Assembly (NCBI RefSeq): GCF_006345805.1
Contig: NW_021825627.1
Coordinates: forward strand, 1-14,984
DNA from: Octopus sinensis
Taxonomy: Eukaryota
Length of the DNA: 14,984 nucleotides
Direction of reading: 5' to 3'
Shown piece after piece: positions 1-8,405 of this stretch. The translations under genes and the position numbers were made by a program. Every line of letters starts with the position of its first letter. Position 1 is the first letter of the stretch. Below the pieces are notes generated by a model, which saw only the letters and a list, made by a program, of their open reading frames with translations, was not told where the DNA came from and did no database searches.

Positions 1-77
1 TTTGGGTGTGTGTTGTCCTGCCTGGTGAGGTTGATGTGGGCTGATGTTTCCTTGTTGGTCATCGCTATACGATTTGA

Positions 78-486
78 GGTACCAGTATGCTCTGTAAAAT
101 GGTCAATGGTCAAACGGAAACAATACAGATTCAAAATTACTTCTTTGATTTAGTTGTGTACCTGAAACCTTCTCTTGTGGTGGTACCATGATATTAATAC
201 ACTCTGTAAAGTGGGTGGCCAATAAGGAGAGGCAATACAGATTCAAAGTGACTCTTCTGTCTGGCCGTGGACATGAGAATCTCTCTAGGGCTGGAACCAT
301 GATAAAATGTGCCCACTTCTGTATGTAAAGAGTTGCTGTTAAGACGGGCATCTAGCCATTGGATCCAAACTAGCGCAGGAGATGTGAGTAAGATGGAGTC
401 CTCTGAGTTGTTTAGGAGTGTTGTAGCAGCTAAGAAGAAGTGATAATCTGTTCGACCCAAGTCAGCATTGGAAAGTGGACATAAAG
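78..486 (+). mobile_element. Old, diverged RTE-tail SINE remnant with ~112-bp internal tandem duplications
   Basis: aagacgggcatctagcc (~341) and gacccaagtcagcattggaaagtggacataaa (~455-485) resemble aggaagggcatccagcc and caacccatgctagcatggaaagcggacgctaaa of the younger copy at 5470-5590. ctctgtaaa (90, 202) and caatacagattcaaa (121, 233) recur at a 112-bp offset. Confidence 0.4.
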
Positions 487-493
487 GGAAGTA

Positions 494-621
494 AGAGGAG
501 GAAGAGGAAGAAGAGGAGGAGGGGTAAGAAGAAGAAGGGGAGGAGGAGGAGGAGGAGGAAGAAGAAGAAGAAGAAGAAGAAGAGGAGGAGGAGGAGGAGG
601 AGGAGGAGCAACAGCAGCAGC
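494..621. repeat. Compound (GAG)n/(AAG)n/(CAG)n trinucleotide microsatellite
   Basis: Seen directly; explains the poly-R/K and poly-P/L ORFs at 475-675 and 430-651. Confidence 0.95.
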
Positions 622-814
622 TACACTAGTCAGTGTTTGCTGGTGTACCATTCTTTTTACCCATTTACTGCTTAGATATTGAAGAAAGGGCTGCCCCTCT
701 GGTCCTTTCTCTTTAGGGCCTCCAAGATTGGTGGCAGAAAGAAAGGATGGTGACCTAAAACCAGGGATCTGGTCTGAATACTTATGACAAAGTGCTCAAA
801 ACATAAAGATCCTT

Positions 815-1048
815 GAGAGTGATATAGACTGACGGGGCTGGTTTCCTGGTTTCTGTGGCACATATATTCCCCACTGAATGGCACACAACTCCGTCGCAGG
901 ATTACTCATGTTTGCCAGCAGAGTGGACCAGAACAACACAGAGTGAAGTGTTTTGCTCAAGGACACAATGTGTCGACCAGTCAAACAATATGAAACCACA
1001 ATCTTATAATCATGAGTTCAGCACCCCAACCACTTAGACATGCACTTC
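815..1048 (-). mobile_element. tRNA-derived SINE (degenerate) with CORE-like and V-domain-like central segments
   Basis: Minus strand begins ggaagtgcatgtctaagtggttggggtgctgaactcatgattataagattgtggtttca (A/B-box-like). It continues ttgtgtccttgagcaaaacactt (CORE-like) and cctgcgacggag (resembles V-SINE cctgcgatggactgg). Domain names are from memory. Confidence 0.65.
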
Positions 1049-1441
1049 CAAAGACACCCAAAGTCCAGACGAAGGTAACTTACCACCCACGAGATGTTTA
1101 GGTTGAATATGACTGATGTCCCCGGGTAGAAGGTGAAAGAGTGAAGGGTGTATGTTGTTGGGAGTGAGAAGGAACAGTGTGGGAGACAGTAATGAACATT
1201 TGTGGTATACTAGACTTTATTGAGTAAGGGCCAGAGAATGCTCCCTTGCTGTACACTGCAATGGCAAGAAGGTCCTGATACTCAAAATGAGAGAGAGGCG
1301 GACACCTTATATGGACAACATAACTTGGAGGGGGGGGCAGTAGCAATGGTAGAGAGACAAGGGAAGAGAGAATAAGGGGAGAAAGAGAAAAAGTGGTGAA
1401 AGTAGTTGTGGGTGAGAGAAAGAGCAAGAGAGTGGTAGAAG

Positions 1442-1615
1442 GAGTAGAGAGAGTGGTAGAGGGAGCAGAGGTGTAGAGAGAGTGGTAGAGGGAGTAGAGG
1501 AGTAGAGAGAGTGGTAGAGGGAGTAGAGGAGTAGAGAGAGTGGTAGAGGGAGTAGAGGAGTAGAGAGAGTGGTAGAGGGAGTAGAGGAGTAGAGAGAGTG
1601 GTAGAGGGAGTAAAG
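1442..1615. repeat. 29-bp minisatellite (gagtagagagagtggtagagggagtagag) x6 within a ~450-bp polypurine tract (~1355-1805)
   Basis: Units start at 1442, 1471, 1500, 1529, 1558 and 1587 with few substitutions. Confidence 0.9.
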
Positions 1616-2031
1616 GGAGAGAGATAGTGGGAGAGGCATTAATGGAAAAGAGACAGTGGTAAAGGAGGAATGGGAGAGAGACAATGATGGAAGTAGTAAT
1701 GGAAGAGACAAGTGGTAGAGGGAGTTACAGGAGACAGGCAGTGATAGAGGGAGTCAAGGGAAAGAGAGAAACAATGGTGGACGAAGCAATGGAAGAGAGA
1801 CAATGGGTGAAACAACATGGCCTATTCTCATTTTTCTGAAGGGACAGTGGTGAGCCACAAACTAGAACAAATGTCCAGAACAAAGATCAGACTCTTACAA
1901 AAGCTGTTGTGTTCAGGGAGGATGACGAAACACTTGTTGAATGCATTTATTGTTGTTGTGTTTGTGGAAACCACTATTTCTGTATTCTAACTCATTCCTT
2001 GACATATGATATTTGTATGTGGGCATAGACA

Positions 2032-2450
2032 CTGGGCAGAAACGTTAGCGCGCCGGGTGAAATGCGTAGCCGTATTTCATCTGTCGTTACGTTCCGAGTT
2101 CAAATTCTGCCGAGTTCGACTTTACCTTTCATCCTTTCGGGGTCGATAAATTAAGTACCAGTTACGCACTGGAGTCGATGTAGTCGACTTAATCCGTTTG
2201 TCAGTCCTTGTTTGTCCCCTCTGTGTTTAGCTCCTTGTGGGTAGTAAAGAAGGTGAAATGCGCAGCTGTATTTCATCTGTCATTACGTTCCGAGTTCAAA
2301 TCCCGCCGAGGTCGACTTTGCCTTTCATCCTTCGGGGTCGATAAATTAAGTACCAGTTACGCAATGGGGTCGATGTAATCGACTTAATCCGTTTGTCAGT
2401 CCTTGTTTGTCCCCTCTGTGTTTAGCTCCTTGTGGGTAGTAAAGAAATAT
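2032..2450 (+). mobile_element. tRNA-derived SINE (Nin/Deu-like central motif) with tandem duplication of a ~196-bp body
   Basis: Head gggcagaaacgttagc...gagttcaaattc (B-box-like); central gcctttcatcc(t)ttcggggtcgataaattaagtaccag. Two copies at 2056-2251 and 2252-2446, both ending gtgggtagtaaagaa. Confidence 0.85.
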
Positions 2451-2459
2451 ATACACTGA

Positions 2460-2940
2460 TTAACAATACCCACCCCCACTCAAACCGCCCCCAAATCCCA
2501 TACATAGAATCACGAGGCCCCAAATCCTCAGATCAGTTTGACAATGAATGCCAGAAAGTTCTCCAAAGAAGTTAACTTGTTTTTTTTCTCTAGTCTCAGC
2601 TCAGAGCTGCGGCCATGCTGATGCACCACCGTTTAGTGAAGAACAGATGAGAAAGTCGATGATGCGGTTACATAGGATCGAAACACCTTACGCTAAGCCA
2701 TCTAGTATCTTAGCATAACGAAGTTACCACACGACCAAACTTCCACACTAGGAATTTTTTGAAAAAATCTCCCCACCCAAGTTAACAAAGAACTTACTAG
2801 ATCCAGGAACTAAAGTGTAAAATTTATATTAATTAAAAATTAAAAAATAATAAATTAAACTGATTAGGACTACCAGTGAAGTCGTTCTTTTTCTCTTTTC
2901 AAATATACCGAACTGTACCAAGGATCTTACACATTTTCCA
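2460..2940 (+). mobile_element. Penelope-like element 3' non-coding fragment, inverted homologue of 8992-9300
   Basis: Colinear blocks shared with the reverse complement of 8992-9300: atagaatcac, gagatcag, gaaagttctcca, aaaaaatctccc, gaacttactagatc, actaccagt, ttttcaaatatacc-aactgta-caaggat. Confidence 0.65.
2577..2720 (-). mobile_element. Short A-tailed SINE remnant inserted in the Penelope fragment
   Basis: Interrupts the alignment to 8992-9300. Flanked by aagttaac (2569-2576) and aagttacc (2721-2728), a TSD-like pair. Minus strand has a B-box-like gtttcgatcc and a 3' gcatggccgcagctc...aaaaaaa end. Confidence 0.5.
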
Positions 2941-2968
2941 ATATATATATATGTATATACATAGATAT

Positions 2969-3172
2969 AAAGTTAATCCAAACATGAAAACACAAAGAGA
3001 AAACACAACAACGCGAGGAGGTGGAACAAATATAGTATTATTGGACGCTCGGGAAGGAAGGGAAAAAGGAGGGTTTTATGTTTCGAGCGGAGCTCTTCAT
3101 CAGAAACATAGGAAAAGGAAAGATCCAGAGAAGGGAAGACAGAGGAAAAAAAATCGCCAACGGTACACACAC
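2969..3172 (-). mobile_element. Penelope-type terminal repeat, family 1 (hammerhead-bearing), copy A
   Basis: ~200-bp repeat homologous to 4233-4434, 8752-8952 and 8031-8195. Copy 8752-8952 lies directly downstream of the Penelope 3' region. Confidence 0.7.
3073..3107 (-). ncRNA. Minimal type I hammerhead ribozyme motif
   Basis: GUUU-CUGAUGA-A-GAGC(UCC)GCUC-GAAAC-AUA-AAAC: canonical core, 4-bp helix I, 4-bp helix II, C-A mismatch in helix III. Confidence 0.6.
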
Positions 3173-3190
3173 GGTACACACACACACACA

Positions 3191-3234
<44 letters not shown>

Positions 3235-3392
3235 AGAATACAAAAAATGGGACAAGAACGCAAAACATCTAGACAGTTAGATGATACAAAAAAGGGGCAG
3301 GAAAAAGCCAGGACTGGTCGTTCGGATTTCCCTTTCATCAGTTGAGTTACGGATTGGATTTGCAGTTTTGGCTGGATATACTTGAGGCTGTT

Positions 3393-3395
<3 letters not shown>

Positions 3396-3434
<39 letters not shown>

Positions 3435-3637
3435 CAAATTAGAGATAAAACCTCTATTAGGCAAATCAGACAGTGAAAATCATAAACCAATACATAGAAA
3501 TAAAATTAATTAAAAAATATATAAAAAATATAAAATATAAAATATAAAATATAAAAATCCAATTAAAATATTTAAATTAAAGTTAAAATAAAAAAAATTA
3601 TTTAAATTAATAATTTAAACTTATAAATTATAAATAT

Positions 3638-3668
<31 letters not shown>

Positions 3669-3790
3669 CTCTTCTCTCTCCTCTCTCTATATATATATAT
3701 ATATATATAATATATATTATACATATATATATATTTATATACATACATTTATATCTATAGGAGCAATCTTGAATACACCACACATATATT
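3396..3790. repeat. (TA)n microsatellites and AT-rich low-complexity tract
   Basis: Seen directly. Confidence 0.9.
3434..3565. repeat. Interspersed repeat fragment, direct copy of 4578-4700
   Basis: gagataaaacc-ctattaggcaaatca-acagtgaaaatcataa-ccaatacatagaaataaaattaattaa is nearly identical in both places; family unassigned. Confidence 0.8.
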
Positions 3791-4055
3791 ATATATAGCA
3801 AAATAATTGAGATTCAGAGATGAATTAGGTACTTAAGTTGAAGCACCAAAAATAAGTGCAACTTTATCCATACAACTCAAAATAAGGTGAATAAAACAAA
3901 ACTAAGCAACAGGATATACAATCAATCCCCGAAATGGAACAAAAACGCAACAGACAACAATAAAACATCCGGACAGAAAAGACAGATAGGACGAAACAAG
4001 GATAGGCCATTCATGGCCTTCTCTCCTCAGTCAAGTTTCCAGATTATCCTTATAT

Positions 4056-4232
4056 AGGTAGGGGCATGGCCATGTGGTAAGCCGCTTGCTCCCCAGCCAC
4101 ATGGTTCCAGGTTCAGTTCCACTGTGTGGCACCTTGGGCAAGTGTCTACAGCCTAGGGACGACCAAAGCCTTGCGAGTGGATTTGGTAGACGGAAACCGA
4201 AAGAAGCCCGTCGTATATATGTATATATATAT
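4056..4232 (+). mobile_element. tRNA-CORE SINE 5' half (OR-like octopus family)
   Basis: tggccatgtggtaag (A box), ggttcagttcc (B box), accttgggcaagtgtct (CORE start), gtggatttggtagacggaaaccgaaagaagcccgtcg followed by (TA)n; homologous to 5942-6100. Confidence 0.8.
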
Positions 4233-4434
4233 AAAGTTAATCCAAACAAGAAAACACAAAAATACACAACAACGCAAGGACGTGGAACAAATATAGTATC
4301 ATTGGATGCTCAGGAAAGAAGGAGGGTTTAACGTTTCGAGCGGAGCTCTTCGTCGGAAAAATAGGAGAAGGAAAGATCCATAGAAGGGAAGACAGAGGAT
4401 AAAAAAATCGCCAACGGTACACCACGAGGTCACA
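4233..4434 (-). mobile_element. Penelope-type terminal repeat, family 1, copy B
   Basis: Homologous to 2969-3172 and 8752-8952; bounded by (TA)n on both sides. Confidence 0.7.
4326..4360 (-). ncRNA. Minimal type I hammerhead motif (U4C core variant)
   Basis: UUUU-CCGACGA-A-GAGC(UCC)GCUC-GAAAC-GUU-AAAC; palindromic helix III ACGU. Confidence 0.55.
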
Positions 4435-4475
4435 TATATATACATATATATATATTATATATATATATTATATAT

Positions 4476-4572
<97 letters not shown>

Positions 4573-4577
4573 TATAT

Positions 4578-4740
4578 TAATTGAGATAAAACCACTATTA
4601 GGCAAATCAAACAGTGAAAATCATAACCAATACATAGAAATAAAATTAATTAATAAATATATAATATTTATTAATTAATACCATAAAATTAGATTAATCC
4701 TAAATCTAATTTTCCCTGTAAATTTGGATTTACTCCCTAA
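4578..4740. repeat. Interspersed repeat fragment, direct copy of 3434-3565
   Basis: Near-identical to 3434-3565 over ~100 bp. Confidence 0.8.
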
Positions 4741-4831
4741 TATTATTATTATTATTAATTAATATATATATATATATATAATATATATATTATATATATA
4801 TTATATATATATATGCATATATGCATATATC

Positions 4832-5016
4832 TATGTTGTCCCTCTGTCACCACTTTACAACTGATGTTGGCGTGTTTATGTACCGATAAGAGACTGATTA
4901 AGTAAGTATTAGGCTTAAAAACACAAGTTGTGGGGTTGATTTGTTTGACAAAAACCCCTGAAGGCAGTGCTCCAGCATGGCTGCAGTTAAATGACAGAAA
5001 AAGGAATAAAAGAACA
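4832..5016 (+). mobile_element. tRNA-CORE SINE 3' half (diverged)
   Basis: ggggttgatttgtttgac...aaggcagtgctccagcatggctgcagttaaatgacagaaa matches the 3' end of the 5942-6320 copy. Confidence 0.7.
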
Positions 5017-5039
5017 TAGTATGTGTGTGTGTGTGTGTG

Positions 5040-5615
5040 CATGCTGGCCCCCGTGTCGGTGGCACGTAAAAGCACCATCCGTTTGTGGCCGTTTGCCAGC
5101 CTCGCCTGGCCCCCGTGTCGGTGGCACGTAAAAGCACCGTCCGTTCGTGGCCGTTTGCCAGCTCTGTCTGGCCCCGTGTCGGTGGCACGTAAAAGCACCG
5201 TCCGTTCGTGGCCGTTGCCAGCCTCGCCTGGCCCCCGTGTCGGTGGCACGTAAAAGCACCGTCCGTTCGTGTCCGTTGCCAGCTCTGTCTGGCCCCGTGC
5301 CGGTGGCACGTAAAAGCACCGTCCGTTCGTGTCCGTTTGCCAGCCTCGCCTGGCCCCCGTGTCGGTGGCACGTAAAAGCACCATCCGTTCGTGGCCGTTT
5401 GCCAGCCTCGTCTGGCCCCCGTGCCGGTGACACGTAAAAACACCCACTACACTCGCGGAGTGGTTGGCGTTAGGAAGGGCATCCAGCCGTAGAAACACTG
5501 CCAGATCTGACTGGGCCTGACGAAGCCTTCCAGCTTCACAGACCCCAGTTGACCCGTCCAACCCATGCTAGCATGGAAAGCGGACGCTAAATGATGACGA
5601 TGATGATGATGATGA
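5040..5615 (+). mobile_element. RTE-tail SINE-like element with internal minisatellite expansion
   Basis: gtggttggcgttaggaagggcatccagccgtagaaac...caacccatgctagcatggaaagcggacgctaaa followed by a (GAT)n tail. Same family at 6585-6737, 7055-7210 and 8402-8562. Confidence 0.8.
5045..5444. repeat. GC-rich 60-62-bp minisatellite, 6 full units (7 core copies), with A/B higher-order structure
   Basis: Core g(g/a)cacgtaaaa(g/a)cacc at 5061, 5123, 5184, 5245, 5305, 5367 and 5429. Confidence 0.95.
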
Positions 5616-5941
5616 TATATATATATTAAATGCTTGAAATACAAGAGTAGAAAAACAGCCAACGACTGATGAAGGGTCGTTCTTTATGTTGTTTGTCTTG
5701 TTTACCATTTGTGTATTTCGTTGTTCAAAGAAATTGTTCATGTCCCATGTACTCATATTTCATATTTTTTTGTTGTACACGTCCTGTGTCCACATATGCC
5801 TGTATGTATACGTATAGATGTAAGTATGTACATATGCATATGTATATATGTTTATCAAGTATCAAAATTTAAGTCATCTTTAAATTTTATATATATACAT
5901 ATATATATATATAATTATATATATATATATATATATATATA

Positions 5942-6104
5942 GGCGCAGGAGTGGCTGTGTGTAAGTAGCTTGCTAACCAACCATGGTTCCGGGTTCAGTC
6001 CCACTGCGTGGCATCTTGGGCAAGTGTCTTCTGCTATAGCCCGGCTGACCAATGCCTTGTGAGTGGATTTGGTAGACGGAAACTGAAGACCTGTCGTATA
6101 TATG

Positions 6105-6139
<35 letters not shown>

Positions 6140-6319
6140 CTGTATTTGTCCCCCTAGCGTTTATGTACCCGTCACTTAGCGGTTCGGCAAAAGAGACCGA
6201 TAGAATAGTACTGGGCTTACAAAGAATAAGTCCCGGGGTCGATTTGCTCGACTAAAGGCGGTGCTCCAGCATGGCCGCAGTCAAATGACTGAAACAAGTA
6301 AAAGAGTAAAAGAGTAAGA

Positions 6320-6320
<1 letters not shown>
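5942..6320 (+). mobile_element. Near full-length tRNA-CORE SINE with internal (TA)/(TG) microsatellite and (AAAGAGT)n tail
   Basis: ggcgcaggagtggctgtgtgtaag (A box), gggttcagtccc (B box, 5991-6002), atcttgggcaagtgtctt (CORE), 3' ggcggtgctccagcatggccgcagtcaaatgactgaaacaagtaaaagagtaaaagagt. Confidence 0.85.
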
Positions 6321-6361
<41 letters not shown>

Positions 6362-6420
6362 GTGTGCATTTTCCCCTTGTTTTTTCTGTTAAAATGTCTT
6401 ATTGATGAATTTCATTTCTT

Positions 6421-6510
6421 CAATTCCCTGAAGAGAAGATTACATTGTTTTACACCATTTTATTCCTTTGGAATAATACCAGTGATATCTTCGAAACATG
6501 TATTGGAAAT
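6421..6510 (+). ncRNA. Hammerhead-like motif with extended helix II
   Basis: CUGAAGA (6428-6434); GAAGAU/AUCUUC 6-bp helix II (6435-6440/6487-6492); GAAA; palindromic ACAUGU helix III; GUA site. Helix I (UUCC/GGAA) is out of register by 2 nt. Confidence 0.45.
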
Positions 6511-6543
6511 AAAAGAATTTGAATAACAGCTGCGTTTAACTCC

Positions 6544-6584
<41 letters not shown>

Positions 6585-6587
<3 letters not shown>

Positions 6588-6737
6588 TCATCATCATCAT
6601 CATCATTTAGCGTCCGTTTTCCATGCTAGCATGGGTTGGACGGTTCAACTGGGGTCTGGGGAGCCCAAAGGCTGCGCCAGGCCAGTCAGATCTGGCAGTG
6701 TTTCTACAGCTGGATGCCCTTCCTAACGCCAACCACT
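6585..6737 (-). mobile_element. RTE-tail SINE 3' fragment
   Basis: (ATC)n-ttagcgtccgttttccatgctagcatgggttggacgg...cttcctaacgccaaccac is the reverse complement of the 5460-5610 segment. Confidence 0.85.
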
Positions 6738-6754
6738 CCTACATATATATACAT

Positions 6755-6985
6755 ACCGGGAAGGTTTACGAAAATAAACAAAAGACGAAGGCAAGTTTAC
6801 GAAAATAAACAAAAGACGAATGCAGGTGGAGTACAAACAAACAATGTATTAGTATGGCGCTCAGGAATAGAAATAAAACAAGTCTTTTACGTTTCGAGCC
6901 TACGCTCTTCAACAGAAAGATACACAGAAAAGAAACAAGGAGAGAAAAAAATTGCGTGTAGGGGCTAACGATCAAACATGGCATT
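6755..6985 (-). mobile_element. Penelope-type terminal repeat, family 2 (hammerhead-bearing)
   Basis: Same layout as family 1 (...gctcagga...gtttcgagc...gctcttc...agaaa); homologous to 8571-8735. Confidence 0.6.
6884..6919 (-). ncRNA. Minimal hammerhead motif, family 2 (A6U core variant)
   Basis: CUUU-CUGUUGA-A-GAGC(GUAG)GCUC-GAAAC-GUA-AAAG. Confidence 0.5.
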
Positions 6986-6988
6986 ATA

Positions 6989-7029
<41 letters not shown>

Positions 7030-7054
7030 ATAGATGTAGATATAGCTATATGTC

Positions 7055-7210
7055 CACTCTGCTGGGTGGTCGGTGTTAGGAAGGGCATCAACATGTATGA
7101 AATGTGCAAAATATACACAGAAGTCTGGTGCAGGCTCCTGCCTGGCCAGCCCCTATTAGACAATCAAACCCATGTCAGCCTGGAAGGCAGACGTTAAACG
7201 ATGATGATGC
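7055..7210 (+). mobile_element. Degenerate RTE-tail SINE 3' fragment
   Basis: ggtgttaggaagggcatc...aacccatgtcagcctggaaggcagacgttaaacgatgatgatg. Confidence 0.65.
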
Positions 7211-7223
7211 ACAATGATGATAT

Positions 7224-7224
<1 letters not shown>

Positions 7225-7265
<41 letters not shown>

Positions 7266-7455
7266 GTGTGTGTGTTTGTGTGTTTGTATATAATTTCTAT
7301 TTATGCTGCGGTAAACAAAAAAAGATGCAAGTGTTCAATATAACTTTATGCTGCAAACACATAGTCTTATGTATGTGTCAGAATACACACACACACACAC
7401 ACACGCGCACACACACACACACACACACGCACACACACACGCACATGCACAGAGA
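7225..7455. repeat. (CA)n/(TA)n/(TG)n microsatellite cluster
   Basis: Seen directly. Confidence 0.9.
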
Positions 7456-7712
7456 GTAATTCTCTCTGTATCCATACAACCGTACATGCATATGCGTGGG
7501 ATGGTTTTAGAGTAGCAACTATTTTTACAGCTGGATGCCTTTCCTGCAGCTAACCACTGAACCGTGAAAGAAGAAGCCTAACCTGTTGCCATGTCATGAC
7601 ACAGAATAAAATTTACCAGGGTCGGCCTCAGCATGGAAGACACATAGTTAGGTGGGTGGGGATAGTGGTGGTGAAGCGAGCCAGAAAGTAATTAATTATT
7701 TTAATTTAATTA

Positions 7713-7880
7713 GGGACTGGCATGTCTGTGTTGTAAGAAGTTTGCTTCCCAACCACTTGGTGCCAGGTTCAGTCCCACTGCATGGCACTTTGGACAAGTA
7801 TCTTTTATGCTAGCCCCAGGTTGATTTAAGTCTCGTGAGTGGATTTGGTAGATGGAAACTGAAAGAAACCCCTTCATGTA
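7713..7880 (+). mobile_element. tRNA-CORE SINE 5' half (diverged)
   Basis: gtaagaagtttgcttcccaaccac...ggttcagtcccactgcatggcactttggacaagt...gagtggatttggtagatggaaactgaaagaa. Confidence 0.75.
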
Positions 7881-7960
7881 TCATCATCATCATTTAACAT
7901 CCATCTTCCATGCTGGCAATGGTGGACGTTAAACGATGAGGATGATGATGATGATGATGA
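7880..7960. repeat. Inverted pair of RTE-type SINE tails (imperfect palindrome)
   Basis: atcatcatcatcatttaacatcca...tggacgttaaacgatgaggatgatgat. Confidence 0.7.
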
Positions 7961-8030
7961 TATATATATATATATATATATATACATTACATACATATAT
8001 ATATGTATGTATGTATGTATATAATTAATC

Positions 8031-8195
8031 CCTCCCAAAATGAAGAAAAAATGCAACAAGAAAAAACAACAATGCAAGGATGTGGTACATGGAAAGTATT
8101 AACAGATACTCAGGGAAGGAAAGAAAGGTAGTTTTACATTTTGAGCAGAGCTCTTTGTCAGAAACAGGAGACAGAGGAAAGTCTAAGAGAAATTA
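8031..8195 (-). mobile_element. Older family-1-like terminal repeat with decayed hammerhead (8131-8165)
   Basis: GUUU-CUGACAA-A-GAGC(UCU)GCUC-AAAAU-GUA-AAAC; core positions lost through transitions at CpG sites. Confidence 0.55.
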
Positions 8196-8367
8196 TTTCT
8201 TATATCTATGTATATGACTCGGCAATGACACCTGATCTTGTACCATTTCAGCTCTATTGGTTATTCTTTACAACACCTGTCTGTCCTCGCACAGGGGCCG
8301 TCCGGACTCTCGTCTTCACTGTGAACAGGAATTAATCTTCTCTCTTCACACCTTTGCACCACATGGG

Positions 8368-8401
<34 letters not shown>

Positions 8402-8405
<4 letters not shown>

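Noticed and set aside
430-675. Poly-Arg/Lys and poly-Pro/Leu ORFs
   Set aside because: Translations of the (GAG/AAG)n microsatellite.
3309-3342. CUGAUGA hammerhead-like core on the minus strand (also CUGAGGA near 4030)
   Set aside because: Followed by GAAC rather than GAAA; helix III register is wrong and no helix I forms.
5061-5435. Seven CACGT(A) motifs as a clustered HIF/bHLH enhancer
   Set aside because: The multiplicity is explained by tandem repetition; there is no evidence of regulatory function.
4755-5561. Long ORFs up to 268 aa with repeated TCHRHG motifs
   Set aside because: Several frames are open only because of the GC-rich 61-bp tandem repeat; they run into microsatellites and no domain is recognised.
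5660-5685. CUGAUGA in an AACGAC/GUCGUU hairpin
   Set aside because: No matching helix II plus GAAA downstream, so not a hammerhead topology.
8255-8360. Minus-strand WC...ARTDRCCKE resembling a group III phospholipase A2 motif
   Set aside because: WC and DRCC are in different frames, and a stop replaces the catalytic His-Asp; most likely coincidence.
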